This document shows positions 23,836 through 37,100 of a stretch of DNA of 39,208 nucleotides, in pieces. Numbering within the stretch: the first letter of the stretch is position 1; each line of letters opens with the position of its first letter. The notes beneath the pieces were generated by a model. It ran no database searches, was not told the origin of the DNA, and worked only from the letters and a program-made list of their open reading frames with translations. Source of the stretch: Jimgerdemannia flammicorona (taxonomy: Eukaryota); contig RBNJ01000148.1 in assembly GCA_003990765.1 (NCBI GenBank), positions 1 through 39,208 on the forward strand. Direction: 5' to 3'. The position numbers and the translations under genes were made by a program.

Positions 23836-24257
23836 TATATATGAGATCCTATGGAAAATTCAGAATACTCCTGCTGCCTCAACCAAACAAAAACCATTTG
23901 AAGTAATGTTCACTAAGAGAGCTAGAACTACTAACTATGAGAACCTTGGAGACCTCTTTAAGATGATAGAACAATTATATAATTAAGCCCAAGTCCAGAT
24001 AATCAATATTTAAGAAAGACAAAAGAAGTATTATAATCAGAAACAGAGGTTTTAGAAGATCAAGATTGGAGATCAAGTACTAGTTTGAAGAAGTATGATT
24101 GAAACAAACTTTGTCACCAAACTGGAGTCCAAATAGAAATAATCTTATCTTATATATAATATTAGAGGAATTAGCATCTATTTAAGAAACATGAATAGGT
24201 GAATCCTGAGGACACTAATATATATTAACTGTCTTAAGATATATCTCTCTTCATACC

Positions 24258-24768
24258 ATAAACCAGAGAATTGACCAGTACCCCCAGACCCTTATCCTCA
24301 GCTCATTCCAATCACTCTCAGTTCCTCTTTTCCAATTTTACCAAGTCAATAGAAACCCCTATCAGTAAATTCAGATTCACCAAGAGAATCACATCTTGGT
24401 CAGATACCTACTACAAGTCTACCAACTGTAGGTCTACTATGCTATTAGTGCATAAATGCAGAATCTCCTAGCTTCTGAGCAAACCTATATTAGAAATACT
24501 ACAGAACTGATGTGAAAAGATACTATTACTACAGACAGATTATACACGCTCTATAAATAAAATATCTCAGCATTGATATAGGTGCAGTTTTCTCTGAATA
24601 ATATACAAAGAATGAATTCAGCCACCTACTTAAGCATTATTAATTGTATTGAAATTCTATTCTCAGAAAAAGAAGAACTAGTAGAATAGAGTAATTCAGA
24701 TACAAATAAAGATAATGGCTCAAGAGTTTATACTAAAATATGCTTATGCTTATTAGAATGATGACTAA
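24258..24768 (+). pseudogene. ORF3 homologue in Gypsy C
   Basis: (I)NQRIDQYPQTLILSS...VYYAISA*MQNLL...DRLYTLY...QFSLNNIQRM...IEILF aligns without gaps to B ORF3 over ~140 codons. Confidence 0.65.
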
Positions 24769-25783
24769 AGGATAGTTTGAGAACAAACTATTTTTTAATA
24801 GGGGCTAATGTGATGAGCAGCAGAAATTGTACTACTAATATTATAAAATAATTATATATCATAGTGGGCACACTAGGTAGTTCTGAACACATAGTACAAA
24901 AGACAGTTAAACATATCCAAGGATACTTAGAACTGCTTTGTCATAACAACTTATATAAATAGCCAGAGATATCAGAAAAGAATATGTTTATCCTATAGAC
25001 TCTATACACTGTACAGACTCTGTATACTTATCATAAATAGTATTCTATATATAACTATATAGCAACCAAATAGCAACCAATTTATATAAAATATCACAGA
25101 GATAAGAGAGAATAAACCTCAATTTGAAATTCAAAATATATTTCAACTCTGGTTCACTTTTCAATATAAAGCTTTGAAGAGAAACTTACTGCTAAAGTTT
25201 GAGTAAAGAACTTGAAAAATCTGCTACTTAAGGAAAAGCTGCTATATTTTTAGTTCACTTATCAGATAAGCCTGAAGAATTCAAAGAAATCTGTCTCTTA
25301 TTACCAAGCTAGTCTATCTGATGCAACTTTGTAGTAAAGCCAGTCTATCTAATATAACTTAATATAAATGAAGCTAGTCTTTGATATAACTTTGCCAAAA
25401 GTAGAGAATCTGAGTTATTGCTCAGAGAAGTCTACTAATTTAGGAAGAATCTGTCCCATCCATTATTTTTCAGAGAGCTTACCATTCTTGCCATAAGCTA
25501 GTCTTCTGATACAACTTTGTAGTAGAGCTAGTCTATCCAATATAATCTCATACAAATGAAGTCAGTCTTTGATATAACTTTGTCAAGAAAAGAGAATCTG
25601 AGTTATTGCCCAGAGAAGTCTGCCAATTCAGAAAGCATCTGCACTATTTACTATTTTTCAAAGAACCTGCCATTCTTGTTATAAGTCAGTTATCTGATGC
25701 AACTTCATAGTAGAGTCAGTCTATTTGATGTAACTTCATACAAATGAAGCCAGTCTTGATATAACTATGCCAAGAGCCTGTAC

Positions 25784-26360
25784 TAGTGCTCCTAATGAGT
25801 CAATTTAATCCGGATTGGATTCGAATCAACCATTGTTTTGATTTCCAAATTAGATAATTAAATGTTTACATCAATAATTCAATGAATAATAATCCAAATT
25901 TGATGATCTTGGTGTCATTTGAAAGCCCTTAATAAGGCCTATCTAATGATACCAAAAACATTGAAATCCGATCATGCGTTGCTGAGTTATGAAGGAAACC
26001 GTCTGAATCGCCAATTTTGGAAATTCTTCGATTTGCCGATTTTGGAAATTTTGTCAAATAGAACGTTTTCCTGAATATCTCGGCAACGCGTAATCCGATT
26101 TTAATGTTCTTGATATCATTAGAAAGGCCTTATTAAGGGCTTTCAAATGACACCAAGATCATCAAATTTGGATGATTATTCATCGAGTTATTGATGTAAA
26201 CATTTAATTGTCCAATTTGGAAATCAAAACAATGGTTGATTCGAATCCATCCAGATGGGATTCAAATCCAATCCAAGTTGATCCGGATGGGATTCGAATC
26301 CAATCCGAGTTGATCCGGATGGGATTCGAATCCATCCGGATTGACTCGTTCGGAGCACTA
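25784..26360. mobile_element. hAT-type MITE (577 bp), fold-back structure
   Basis: Perfect 8-bp TSD GCCTGTAC (25776-25783 and 26361-26368). 21-bp TIR TAGTGCTCCGAACGAGTCAAT with 2 mismatches. Internal inverted arms of ~175 bp. Confidence 0.95.
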
Positions 26361-26798
26361 GCCTGTACCATTCAAGTTATTTCTCAGAAGAGCCTGATTT
26401 AGGAGAATTCTACTAAATTGAGTTATTTAAACTATATGATAAATCAAGTTATCCAAACTATCTGCCATCTGAGTTATCTGAGTTATCTGAGTTATCTGCC
26501 AGCCTGTCACTTATTAAGGAAATCCATCTATAAGAGATCATTATATAGAAAATATATACTTTTAGAAACAAGATCATTATACAGAGATCATTGCACTATA
26601 TAGAGAAATCATCCATCACTTAAGAAAGAAGCTGCTAAATTACCAGATCATCCTGAATAAGGAATTCACCTATATACAAATTGCTACTATACCCAAAGAA
26701 CTATCCCAATAAGGAAATCAACATACAAATTGACTATCTTATCTAGATTTGACTATTATATCACTAAATACTAAAGACCTTAGAAACATTTATATATG

Positions 26799-26802
<4 letters not shown>

Positions 26803-26877
<75 letters not shown>

Positions 26878-26894
26878 TATAGTCTCTTGGACTC
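26803..26894 (-). mobile_element. Extremely 5'-truncated LINE insertion (~19 nt plus A73)
   Basis: Minus strand GAGTCCAAGAGACTATAAT-(A)n; TSD TTATATATGTTAC(TTTTT); TTTTT/AA site. Confidence 0.88.
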
Positions 26895-29800
26895 TTATAT
26901 ATGTTACTTTTTAACAAAGTGACTAGAGGCTCAAGCCAAACTATATTAACCCCAATCTTGTTATTTATCTCTATTAAGTCAGATATATTATAATATTAAT
27001 CATCATATAGTTGCTATTATTTGTATATTTATAAGTATATTTTCAAGTTTATAGATTTATATTTATCAGTATATACTTATTCAGTATATACTTATCTCTT
27101 TATATAATTATATATAGCTAGATTATATTATCTGGCCTGACACTATATCAAGAACTTTCAATAAAAGGTAGTATAAAAAATATATATATAAAATGGCTTG
27201 GATAATCAATAAGATTTATGATCACATCAATCTACTTAAGATTGAAAAAACAGTTTATGACCTATATAAAGATATTGACTCAAATGAAGATGACAAGATA
27301 ATTGACATCTTCAATATTCTCCTTTCATTGAATAAGAATAATCTGATTTAAGAGAGAGATAAGTAAAATATAGAGCAGAATATATAGTTGAAGAAACTAT
27401 TTATAAAAGAAAAAAGTATTTATAAAAGAGAAGTGTCTGTATATCACACCTTTTATTAACAACATTCAGATTACATGAACTTCAGACAATACTTTGAACA
27501 ATATTTTCAGTAAAAAGATACTAATAATATGGTGAGCAATGAGCATTCTGGAGTATGTATAGGACAGAATGGCCCCAGTGTCTTTGACTGGTAGTATGTA
27601 GAGTGGGGTCAAGGTGCAGGCTTGGAGATGCCAAGTACCACTCTGAGGGGTTAGGGGGCCAGTAGTGGTGGAAGAGGTGGAATAAGGTAGCAGGAGAGTA
27701 GATAGCTGATCTTTGCCAGTAAGGTCAAGATGAGAGCTCAGGTGAAGAGACTAGAGAGATGGCTGGAGCTGAGGAAGGGGAAAGCAACTGCTGGAGAGAA
27801 GGGGGGAGCTCCTCTGGGGGGCCAGAGTAGGGGGGCTAGCAGCATAGTGGCTGGAGGAGTGACTGCTGATAGAGTGTGATGGGCAATCTGAAAAAAAATC
27901 TAAATGGGACTACTGATGATAGACTGAGTTGTGGGATAGACACAAGGCTCAGTGACCTGATAGATAGTGTAATGGGCCTGGTGGTGGCTCTATTACTCAA
28001 GAAGTCAATATCAGAGTTCATAGTTACTTTGTACTTCCAAGACTTAGCAGTAATGGCAAAAATAGTCTTAGGGCTGATTGCTAAGCAGATGAATGGTACA
28101 GTATCCATTAAGTTCCTGAGAGGTCTGAAAGAGGTAGAGGTGGGCTTTGAGGAGACTGGACCATTAGAGGAAATGTCAAAGGCTGAATTGACTGTTGAGG
28201 AGATATATGTCCTAATGACATATTACTTGAGGTGGGATCCCAAAGTAGTATAACTTCTGGTGAAAGAAGTCTCTATGGTGACTACTGTAGAGACAAGGAG
28301 GAGAGTTGAGGAGGTCATAGCTGAGTATGGAGTAGTGGTTGATGTTGGGTTCAGGGTCTGGGAAGGGACCTCTTTCTGGATAGAGGATGTTGATGTCTGG
28401 ATTCAGTTGGTAGAGAGGGAGGCCACAGAGAAGACTTGGGATTAGCCTTCAGTGATGGTGTGGGAAGCCTTTGGGTATAAGGTGATGAGGGTGAAGAGGA
28501 GTGAGAAGGAGAAAGAGGACTTGTTAGAGATGCTGGAGAAGTTGAGTAGTGCTGTAGAGTGGAGGGTGAAGGCTTTAAAGGAGTATGAAGAGTTGATACA
28601 TCTGGAGATTATTAATAAAAGATATATCCACATTGATAAGGAGCTGTAGGAGAGGTCCCAAAGATGCAAGAGGTAGAGGGAGATACTAGTGAACTTAGAT
28701 AAAAAGGAGAAGAGGGTTGCTGGTGGAATTGAAGATACTGGAGAAGCCAATACAAGTATCTGGGCTAGTAGGAGTAGAGGGAATATAGAGGTGGGTCTGC
28801 AGGAGGTGAAGAAAGTACCAGGCAAGGACTTGTATAAAGATGGTACATTCAAAGTCTGGGAGGACACTTCTCCTCCTCTTATCAGATAGGGTCCAGCCAT
28901 GAGGGGCTGGACAGCTAAGGATGTGTCTATATGTAGTGTCCAGTAAGTGCACTTTGGAGTCTCTGAGGTAGTAAAAGGGGGACAGATGGTGGTGACTGGC
29001 AAGAATGAATGGATGGATGTCCCAGAGGAGGAGTGGGATGAGATGGTGAGTGCTGAACCAGATATCTTAATACTGAGAGAAGAGAGACCAGCGACTCCAG
29101 AGAAGAAGGAGGTGGGGAACCTACAATAGATGTGTCAAATGATGAATAGCTTGGCAGCTGAGGAGTTGGGAGAAGTTTCCCTAAAGGTGCTTAGTAATGA
29201 CCATTAGGTATAGATCCTATCCCTTTGTCTGTAGATAAGATTGTCTTTTAAAATCATTTAGCAGACAAATTAAAGTTTGAAAAAAATGATTTTTTGAAAC
29301 ATTGTTTTTCTGTTAAAAATATATCTCAATTTGTTTAAAAACAAAAAAAATAATTTAAAAGCTATTATGATTTTAAAAGTTATAAACTTTTAAAATCTTG
29401 CCTCTAAATATAGGTGCAAAACAGTCAAAGAGATATAGAGATAGCATGGTGGAGGCTCTGAAGGCAGAGATGCTTGCAGTTTTCTTGGAAGAGGAAGGAT
29501 ATGAGATCAATAAGGCAAGAGAGGCAGAGCTGGCAGTTGCTGCTGGTGAGTAAGCTGTCTTCTGGTGAGTAGAGCATTATGGGTTGCAACTCTGGCAGGA
29601 GGCCTGTCTGGAGTATCATAAAGACTTTGAGAAAAAGGAGGATGGGGAGCTAGCTGAACTTCTGGTTGGATTGGAGGCAAAGAGGGTGGAAGAGGAGGAG
29701 GTGGCTGCAGAAAGCAACTTAGACTTAGCATAGGAGGAGATGAATGTGGAGTTATAGAGAATACATATGACTCTTAACATTACTTCCTATTATTAGTACA

Positions 29801-31577
29801 TCAAATATTTTTTATATAAACATGAATAGGCTGTAGGGTTCAGTTAGGCATTGGAATATTTTTACTTAGCTGAAGAGTTTGGAGGCTGATCTTTTTCTTT
29901 TGTGGGATGTTAGATGTGAAGATGACTTAGACAGACTGAAATGGACAACAAAATAGAAGATGGGGTAGTTTAGAAGAATAAGGTTGGGATTCTAGTCTAG
30001 AGAGGCAGAAGAGAGATTCAAGATACAGAGAGCTGGGGAGATAGACTGGTCTGGGGAGAGTGGATCTAACCAGGTTGAGAGCCAGTTATGGTGGATTTCT
30101 GCTACTGCTCTACTATATGTGGGGAGTGAGTAGACTGGGTAAGAGGACTCCTGGGAGAGTGAGTCCCTTACTGAGGCTAGAGTAGATATTCTTAGAGGGG
30201 ACTTCAATATGATCCAGGATGCATTGGTGGATAGGACAGACAGAGGGCAGGGGTTGAGGACAGGAGCAGGGGTCTGGAGATGTGAGAGGAAGTAGAGAGG
30301 CTGAGCTCTTTGATGGATGCTGGCAGGGAGTTCTGGGGTAATAAGAGAGTATATATGCACTGAGTGAACAGTCTGAGAACAAGGATTGACTGGATGCTGA
30401 TGGCAGACTACTGGGATCTGGATGTTTGGAAGTTATTAGAGACTGTATGATATCTGGTCTAATTACTAGGGGCTGTTGGGACAGGGTCATTTCAGGAAGA
30501 GTGGAGATGGGCCTGGACATTGGTGTCACAATTCCTCTTTGTTAGCTGAGAAGGTGCTATGGGACAAGTAGGTAGAGGTTATTTGGCAGATAATAGAGAG
30601 TTGGATATGAGAGGGTATCACAGTTAGTGTCTGATAGGTGAGGTTGAAAGAGGCTGCTAGGGTTTACTGGAGAGAAGCTGGTAAGGTAACAAGAAGGCAG
30701 AGGAGAAGGAGGGTGACCTGGACTTCTGCTAGATTGGCTGGACTTTTGGAGGATTGGACAGAGCTCTTGGCCCTGGAGGGGGTAGAGAACTAGAGGGTGA
30801 TGCAGGTGAAGCTAGAGGTTGTGGAGTTGCAACAGGTGTTGAGGGAGCAGGAGGAGATACAAGTGCAGAGTTTGGCTATATAGCTATGCTGGCAGGGGCT
30901 GGAGGAGGGAGAGAGGTCCTCTAAGTTCCTTTCAAGGTTCCTTTAGATGAGAAGAGTGAGGCAGTGATGGGAGGGAGTTCTGGATTCAGATGGTCTGCTG
31001 GTCCATAGTTCACAAGACATTCTGGGCTCACTGAAGGAGAGGTGGAGTGGTCTATGGAGTGAGAAGGAGGTGGGGCTGATGCCACCACTATTGAACATGC
31101 TTTGGAGAAATAGCACTCTCTATAAGTAGATGGGCTAGGCAGCTTGATAGTACTGGTTCAGGAGGAGGAAATTTGCCAGGTTCTTGCTGCAACTATGCTG
31201 GACATGGCACCAGGAGAGAATGATCTGCCCTGGAACTTTTGGAAGAAGATGGTGGATGTTCCTGGAGTGCTGGAAGAGTTGATGATACTTTGTGACTTGG
31301 TACTATAGTCAGAGAGGTGGGTGAGTGAGCAGGATCTAGAGCTAGCAGCTCTGCTTTTTAAGGACAAAAAGAGGAGAGAGGACTGAAAGAACTGATGGTC
31401 CATAATGCTTCTGGACATAGACAGGAAGTTGGTCACTAAGGTGGTGGTGGCAAGGCTGCAGAAGGTGGCCCAGCAGGTCTTGGATGAGGAGCAGTAAGGT
31501 TTTGTAGAAGAGGTCAGCTCATTAGGAGACTAGGCTTGAACTACACAGAGTGAGCTAAGCCATACAAATACCTTTAC

Positions 31578-33450
31578 ATGAAAGACAACATGTTTTTAAG
31601 TCAAGGTTCCTCTAGCTCCGAGTGTCTAGAGAGGAGGAGGCCAGGTCTGAGTATTCCCAAGAGCTTTGCAGTGGCTGCAGGGGCTGGCATGACTGCAGGG
31701 AGGGCTGGTGGTCAGGGGAGGGCTGGTGGAATCGAGGCTTGGCATATGGTAGTTGGAGGCATGAGGGCTGCAGCCAGGCCCTTGGGGATGGGGCAGGGGG
31801 GGCATAGTATTGACAGGGAGAGGGGTCAGGTGATGGTTCAGGTGACAGGTCAGGTGGCTGGAAGGGGACAGGGGTCTGGTGGTGTGATGCTGGGGACTGG
31901 TTCTTCTGTGGCTGGGCTGGTGGCTGGGGAGAGGACTACTGGTGGCACAGCTGTGACTAGTGAGGCAACTGCTGGTGTTTCTAGGACCAAGGGGAAGGTG
32001 ACCCTAGTGGCTGGGACAGGTGTATTGGTGGTGAGACCATTCTTTCACAAATCAGTGTCAACATGGGTGGTTTCAGCAAATTTCCTGGGATTGGTGATAT
32101 CAGGGAGGGAGGTTTTGAGGCTGGTGGGAGAGGAAGTGGTGTGGGTGGAATTCTTGAAGTTCATCCCTTCAGTGGAGACAGTGGAGATTGGTTTTATGGA
32201 GGAGGATGCCATAGTGAAGGCACTGGAAAAAAGGATGGTGGTTAAGGGTGTCAGGATTGGGATGGCAAGGTGTTTGAGGTGGGACTTATGAGCTGTTTGA
32301 CTGATAGTAGAGGGTTTGCCAACTCTGGGCAGACAGGAGACCAAAGAGATGGTGGTGGAGGCACTGGGTGACTATGGAGAGATAGTGGATTTTGGGTTCA
32401 TGTTCTGAAAGAGCACAAAATTGAGGAATGGCAACTGTGAGGTAATGCTGTGACTGGAAGGCAAAGAGGTGATTGGTCTGGGACAAGATTGGCCTGAAGG
32501 AATTTGAGTTGGTGGGCAGGAGTACAAGGTGTGGAGGAGGAAGGGAGTAGAACAGGAGGAGGAGGAATTGGCAATTGCTCTGGAGGAGAGAGAGGCTGCG
32601 AAGGAGTTGTGAAAGAGGAAGTAGGAGGAGTATACCAAGGATTGGGTCTGAATTCAGACAAATGGCAAGCAGAAGAGATGGAGGAAAGAAAACTGGGAGC
32701 ATCTGCAGGTGGCCCTTCAGGGGGTAGCAGTGGAAGAGGAGGTGAGAGTAGAGGTGGCTAAGAATCAGATGGAAGGTGTGGAAGTGGCGGAGGTGTCTTT
32801 CTCCCAGCTGGGTAGTGTGGAGAGCTCAGCATATGTACTGGTAAGAGGGAAATGGGCAGATAAGGAGGAGGTGGGAGAAGGAGGCTTTGAGGCAGATATC
32901 AAAGTAGTACTGGAGATACAGGTTGAGGACACCCATATGGCTGGGGCAGCGAATGTTCATTGGGAGTGCTCTGAGGCTGGTGAGGTGGTACATTTGGAGA
33001 AGGTTGCAGAGGAGGATGAGCTGGTGGATGTGGCTTCAGACATGTCAGCAGACAGAGAGCAACTGCAGGAGCTGAGCAGAACCCCCAGGCCATCAACTCC
33101 TGGGCCCCTGGCAATGACAGCAGAGAGCTGGTACCAGGCAGTACTTGAGGAACTTACTGAGAAAGACATCAAGGAAGTGGATATATTTCATAAATCTCAG
33201 GAGACATGGGAGGGGTTTCTTAATGTTGTGATGCAGGGGCCTAAGCTGGTGATAGCAATGGTTGCAGTACTTCTAGATGATGAAGGATATGATATCAATG
33301 AGAGTAGGATGGCAGACATAAGGAAGGTAGCTGTGGAAAGAGTGGACCTTTTCTGCAGTAGCACAAATGGTGATTGAATCTGGAGAGCAATTTGTGAGGA
33401 CCAGCGAGAGATCTCAAGGAAGGGCTGAGAAAGTGGTAGCAGTCCCAGCT
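31578..33450 (+). pseudogene. LINE B ORF1 (decayed; end approximate)
   Basis: Long ORFs 31578-32291 and 32709-33377 upstream of the endonuclease; VEALGDYGEIV segment; C-terminal block is similar to LINE A ORF1. Confidence 0.65.
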
Positions 33451-33469
33451 GAGCTTTAAATAATTCTTT

Positions 33470-36400
33470 GATGATGATGAACAGTTTACACATATTATTG
33501 ATCAATGTCAATGGGTTGCATGATGGTGTTAAGAGGTGGAGACTGTTTCAATGACTTAAAGTCAGAAGATATGATATTGTTTTCCTTCAGGATATTCTGG
33601 CATATGGAGAGCAGGACTTTGAGATGTGGAGTAAAGAATGGTATAATGGTACAGGTTGGAACAAGCAGGTGGGCATCCTGGTTGGTGTTGGTAAAGGCGA
33701 GCTAGTGGAGGTTGAGATTTATGGTAATAGATTGGTGTGGGGAAGGCTCAAAGGAGGGGCAGGTGATGGTCTAGCAGTAGACTCAGTCTATCTCCCTGCA
33801 GTTGGCAGAGAGTGAAAGCAATGGGTTGAGGACTGGTGGGCTTGGGAAGGTCAGGAGGTGGTAGAGCTGGACATTCTGAGGGGGGATTTCACTAGGTATA
33901 TAATAGAACACTGGACAGGTCAGATGGAGGAGTGGGTGTAGCAGTTTCCCCTAGGCTGTCTCAGTGGCTTCAGGTGGAGCGTGATATGGGACTGGTGGAT
34001 GGCATCTGTCAGCATTGAGGAGATGAGTCAGAGCCATTCACCTGGTGGCACTCAGTGGAGACAAATTAGTTGGGACACAAATTGATTGGATATTGGTAGC
34101 TGAGTGTTGGGAAAATGTACTGGATATTGCTGAGATATGTTGGTGCCCTTGGTCAGATCATTGGGGAGTGGAGGTGTGTGGCAGGTTTTAGGCAGCAAAC
34201 AGTAGTGGTGGGCATTAGTATCTCAACATGGCTTTACTCAGGAGGAAGAAGGAAAGAGATCAGTTTGTGGACATTGTATAACAGAAAGTAACACAGTAGC
34301 AGAATGATGGGCAGTTAATAGTGGAATGGTGGGGTAAATTCAAACATTTGGCTGGTGCTTATTGGAGAGATGTTGGTGAGGTAGCTGGGAAGGAGCAGAA
34401 GGATAAGGCAAGGAGGGTCAAAAAGGGGCTAAGTTGGTGATTGAAGCTAATGGAAGGAGGGAACCTGTCTGGAGAGAAGTACCACCAGCTGGCAGTAGAG
34501 GTAGCAGAGCTGCAGACTGATTGAGGGCTGTGGAGGATAGGGCAGTAGATGGTCTACTCACCAGACTATAGGTGAGGTGGTTGGAGGAGGGTGAGAGACC
34601 AACTAAATATCTGTCTGGGATCTTGAAGGCCAGAATGGTGTGACACAGTTGGACCTCTGTATTGCACAATGATGGAATGGAGGTCACAGAGATAGCTGAT
34701 ATGTTGGGAGAGGTCTCAGGACAATGGCAGGCTCTCTGGCAGGATAGAGAGGAGCATGAAGAGAATGTGATGCCTGGGGAGGATGATGGCAATATGGTAG
34801 ACACTTGGCCAGTAGCAGTGGTACCTGAGATAGGGGGGGCAGTGATGGGTGAAGTGTCTTTGGATGAAGTTTTGGAGACATTGCAGAAGATATAGACTGG
34901 TTTGTCCTCTGGGAGGATGGGTTGCCCTGGGAATTCTGAAAGGAGTTCAAGGCAGAGTTTAGAGGCTGGTTGGTGGAGATGGCCAACTTTGTTCTGAAAG
35001 AGGGCAGTTGGATTAGCAATGGTTCCTTGGGATTAGTTTCCCTTCTGTATAAGGAGAAGGGTGATTGGCAGATGTGGCAGAATTGGCAACCTATTATGCT
35101 ACTAAATGTGGATAGAAAGCTAGTCTCGAAGATTCTAGCAGGAAGAATGCAGCAGTATATCAGCATGTTGGTTGGTGAAGAGCAGTGAGGCTTTGTCAAA
35201 GGAAGGCAGATCAGAGATAGTACAGCTTGGGTGCAGAATATCTTAGAAAGCTATAGGAGCCAACAGGTAGATGGTAGGATGGTTTTCCTAGACCAAGAGA
35301 AGGCCTATGACAGAGTGCAGTAGATATACTTAGAGACTGTGCTGAGAAAGGTTGGATTTGGAGCAGCAGAAGCAGAGAGATTAATGGGCTTAGTTTGGAG
35401 ATACAGAGTGGTAGTTATGATGAATAGATGGAGTGGCCTGGAGTTTGTTTTGGGGCATGGTATGCCACAGGGGGATCCTCTCTTCTCCCTCCTTTACATA
35501 CTCTCTCTGGAGCTATTGCTGGCATGGCTGAAGGAGTGGCTTTCTGGACTGTGAATGGGTGGTGTAGTATGGAAACTGGGTGCATTTACAGATAATATGG
35601 TGGTTAGGTTGGGTAGCATGGAGGATGTGGATCTCTTGCAGGAAGGGGTGGGACAGTATGAGAGGCTAGCAGGGGCAAAACTGAATTGGGGCAAGTTTGA
35701 GACAATGGAACTTGGTGCTGGCCTGGGGGAACATAGACAATTTGGACAATTGGTGGCTACTGGAAGTGCTGTTCAATATCTAGGTATTTGGTTCTCTATA
35801 TATGGGACAGTCTTACCAAAAGAGTGGTGGAGTGGCACAATTCAGAAGTTGGAAGATACTTTGACTGGTTGGTCTGAGAGGAGTTTCTCCTTGATGGGCA
35901 GGATTGTGGTCCTAAATATATATTGGATACCTAAGTTGTAGTATCTAAGGTATCACTTGGACTTTCTAGGATAAGTAGTACAGTGGCTAAAGAAGATTGT
36001 GGAAGGCTGGTTATGGCATGAGAAATGGCCACAGATTGGGTGAGATGTACTGGTGATGCAGACAACTTATGGTGGCTTGGGGTTGGTGGACTTCAGGCAA
36101 TGACTGAAGGTACTTAGAGGTTGGTGGGGGTGTCAATTGGCAGAGATAGGAGAAGGGGGTTGGGGTAGGCTAGTGATGGACAATTGGGAGATTCAGTTCT
36201 GCCCCCATGGTGAGGTTTGGCAGGATATGTGAGGTTTGCTTCAGATTGGAAATATCAGTCGATTGTGGTATAAGGGATTCTGGTGGGGCATGGTAGAGGC
36301 CTGCCTGGCCATGGGGATGGCAGGGCCAGAGATGGAGGATGGTGAGGATCCTGAGCAGAGATGGTGGCGATGGGGGGACCTCTGTATTGGTGGACATAGT

Positions 36401-37100
36401 CTGAAGGAGTACTCTCTGGTTGAGGCAATAGAGTTGATCAGGTCTGGCTCTCTGAAGAGATGGCTGACAGGTTGGCAGAAGGCAGGATTGGGTGAAGGCT
36501 AGGAGTGGGGCCAAATCTGGAGCTGGGGAGATACCTTGCTCAAGGTAGTATCCCACAAGTACTGGGTTATATGGTGGTACTTCCTGAGGAGGAATGTGAT
36601 GCTGGGGTATCAGACAGGATAGATGGAGGTAGATGGCTGTCAGGACTGTGAGTGGTGTAGTGAGGTAGATGGTGGGGTGGTTCAGTCACCAGAGTATGAT
36701 CTGGCAGCCTGCCCTAGTATAGAAGAGTTCTGGCAATGCTTGGAAGATTACTGGCACTCTGCTGGCAGAAGGACTGATGATCCTGCCAGTCTAGTGGTCA
36801 AGCACTGGCTAGTGGGAGAGATAGGAGATATTTGGGAGAGCCTTGGTTGAGTCCTGGAGGTCTGGGTCCTAATGGTGGTACATTGGAGATGGGTGTTTGA
36901 GCAAGACCCATGGTTAGGGATTGGTGAGCTAGTGGAGCAATGGAAGGGGCTTCTTTGAGAGGTGGTACAAGGGTGGTGGTATTAGGGGAGGTGGCTTCAG
37001 CCTGGGGCCTCACAGAAAGTACAGGTCATTATTCAGTAAAGCCAAGGGCACCTGGTGTTGGAGGAGCATGAGATCAGATAGAAGGAAGGAGTTGGGTGAC
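33470..37100 (+). pseudogene. LINE B ORF2: AP endonuclease, RT and zinc finger (boundaries approximate)
   Basis: INVNGL, GDF, IDW, SDH, NWQPIMLLNVDRKLVSKIL, LDQEKAYDRV, PQGDPL, AFTDN, YLGIWF and CEWC. Confidence 0.9.

Larger units (their letters stand above)
21269..26992 (+). mobile_element. Gypsy C, a relative of B: RH end, integrase, ORF3 and 3' LTR; cut on the left by hAT-2
   Basis: Colinear with B from ~16378 onward; more AT-decayed than B. Confidence 0.9.
24809..26992 (+). repeat. 3' LTR of Gypsy C with an internal ~189-bp tandem expansion (25306-25775) and two insertions
   Basis: Starts TGTGAT after AGGGGCTAA, and its 3' end matches the B LTR end. Repeat units start near 25306, 25495 and 25683. 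Confidence 0.8.

Noticed and set aside
26993-27520. AT-rich stretch that might be a decayed ORF or hAT remnant
   Set aside because: No convincing motif or termini on either strand.
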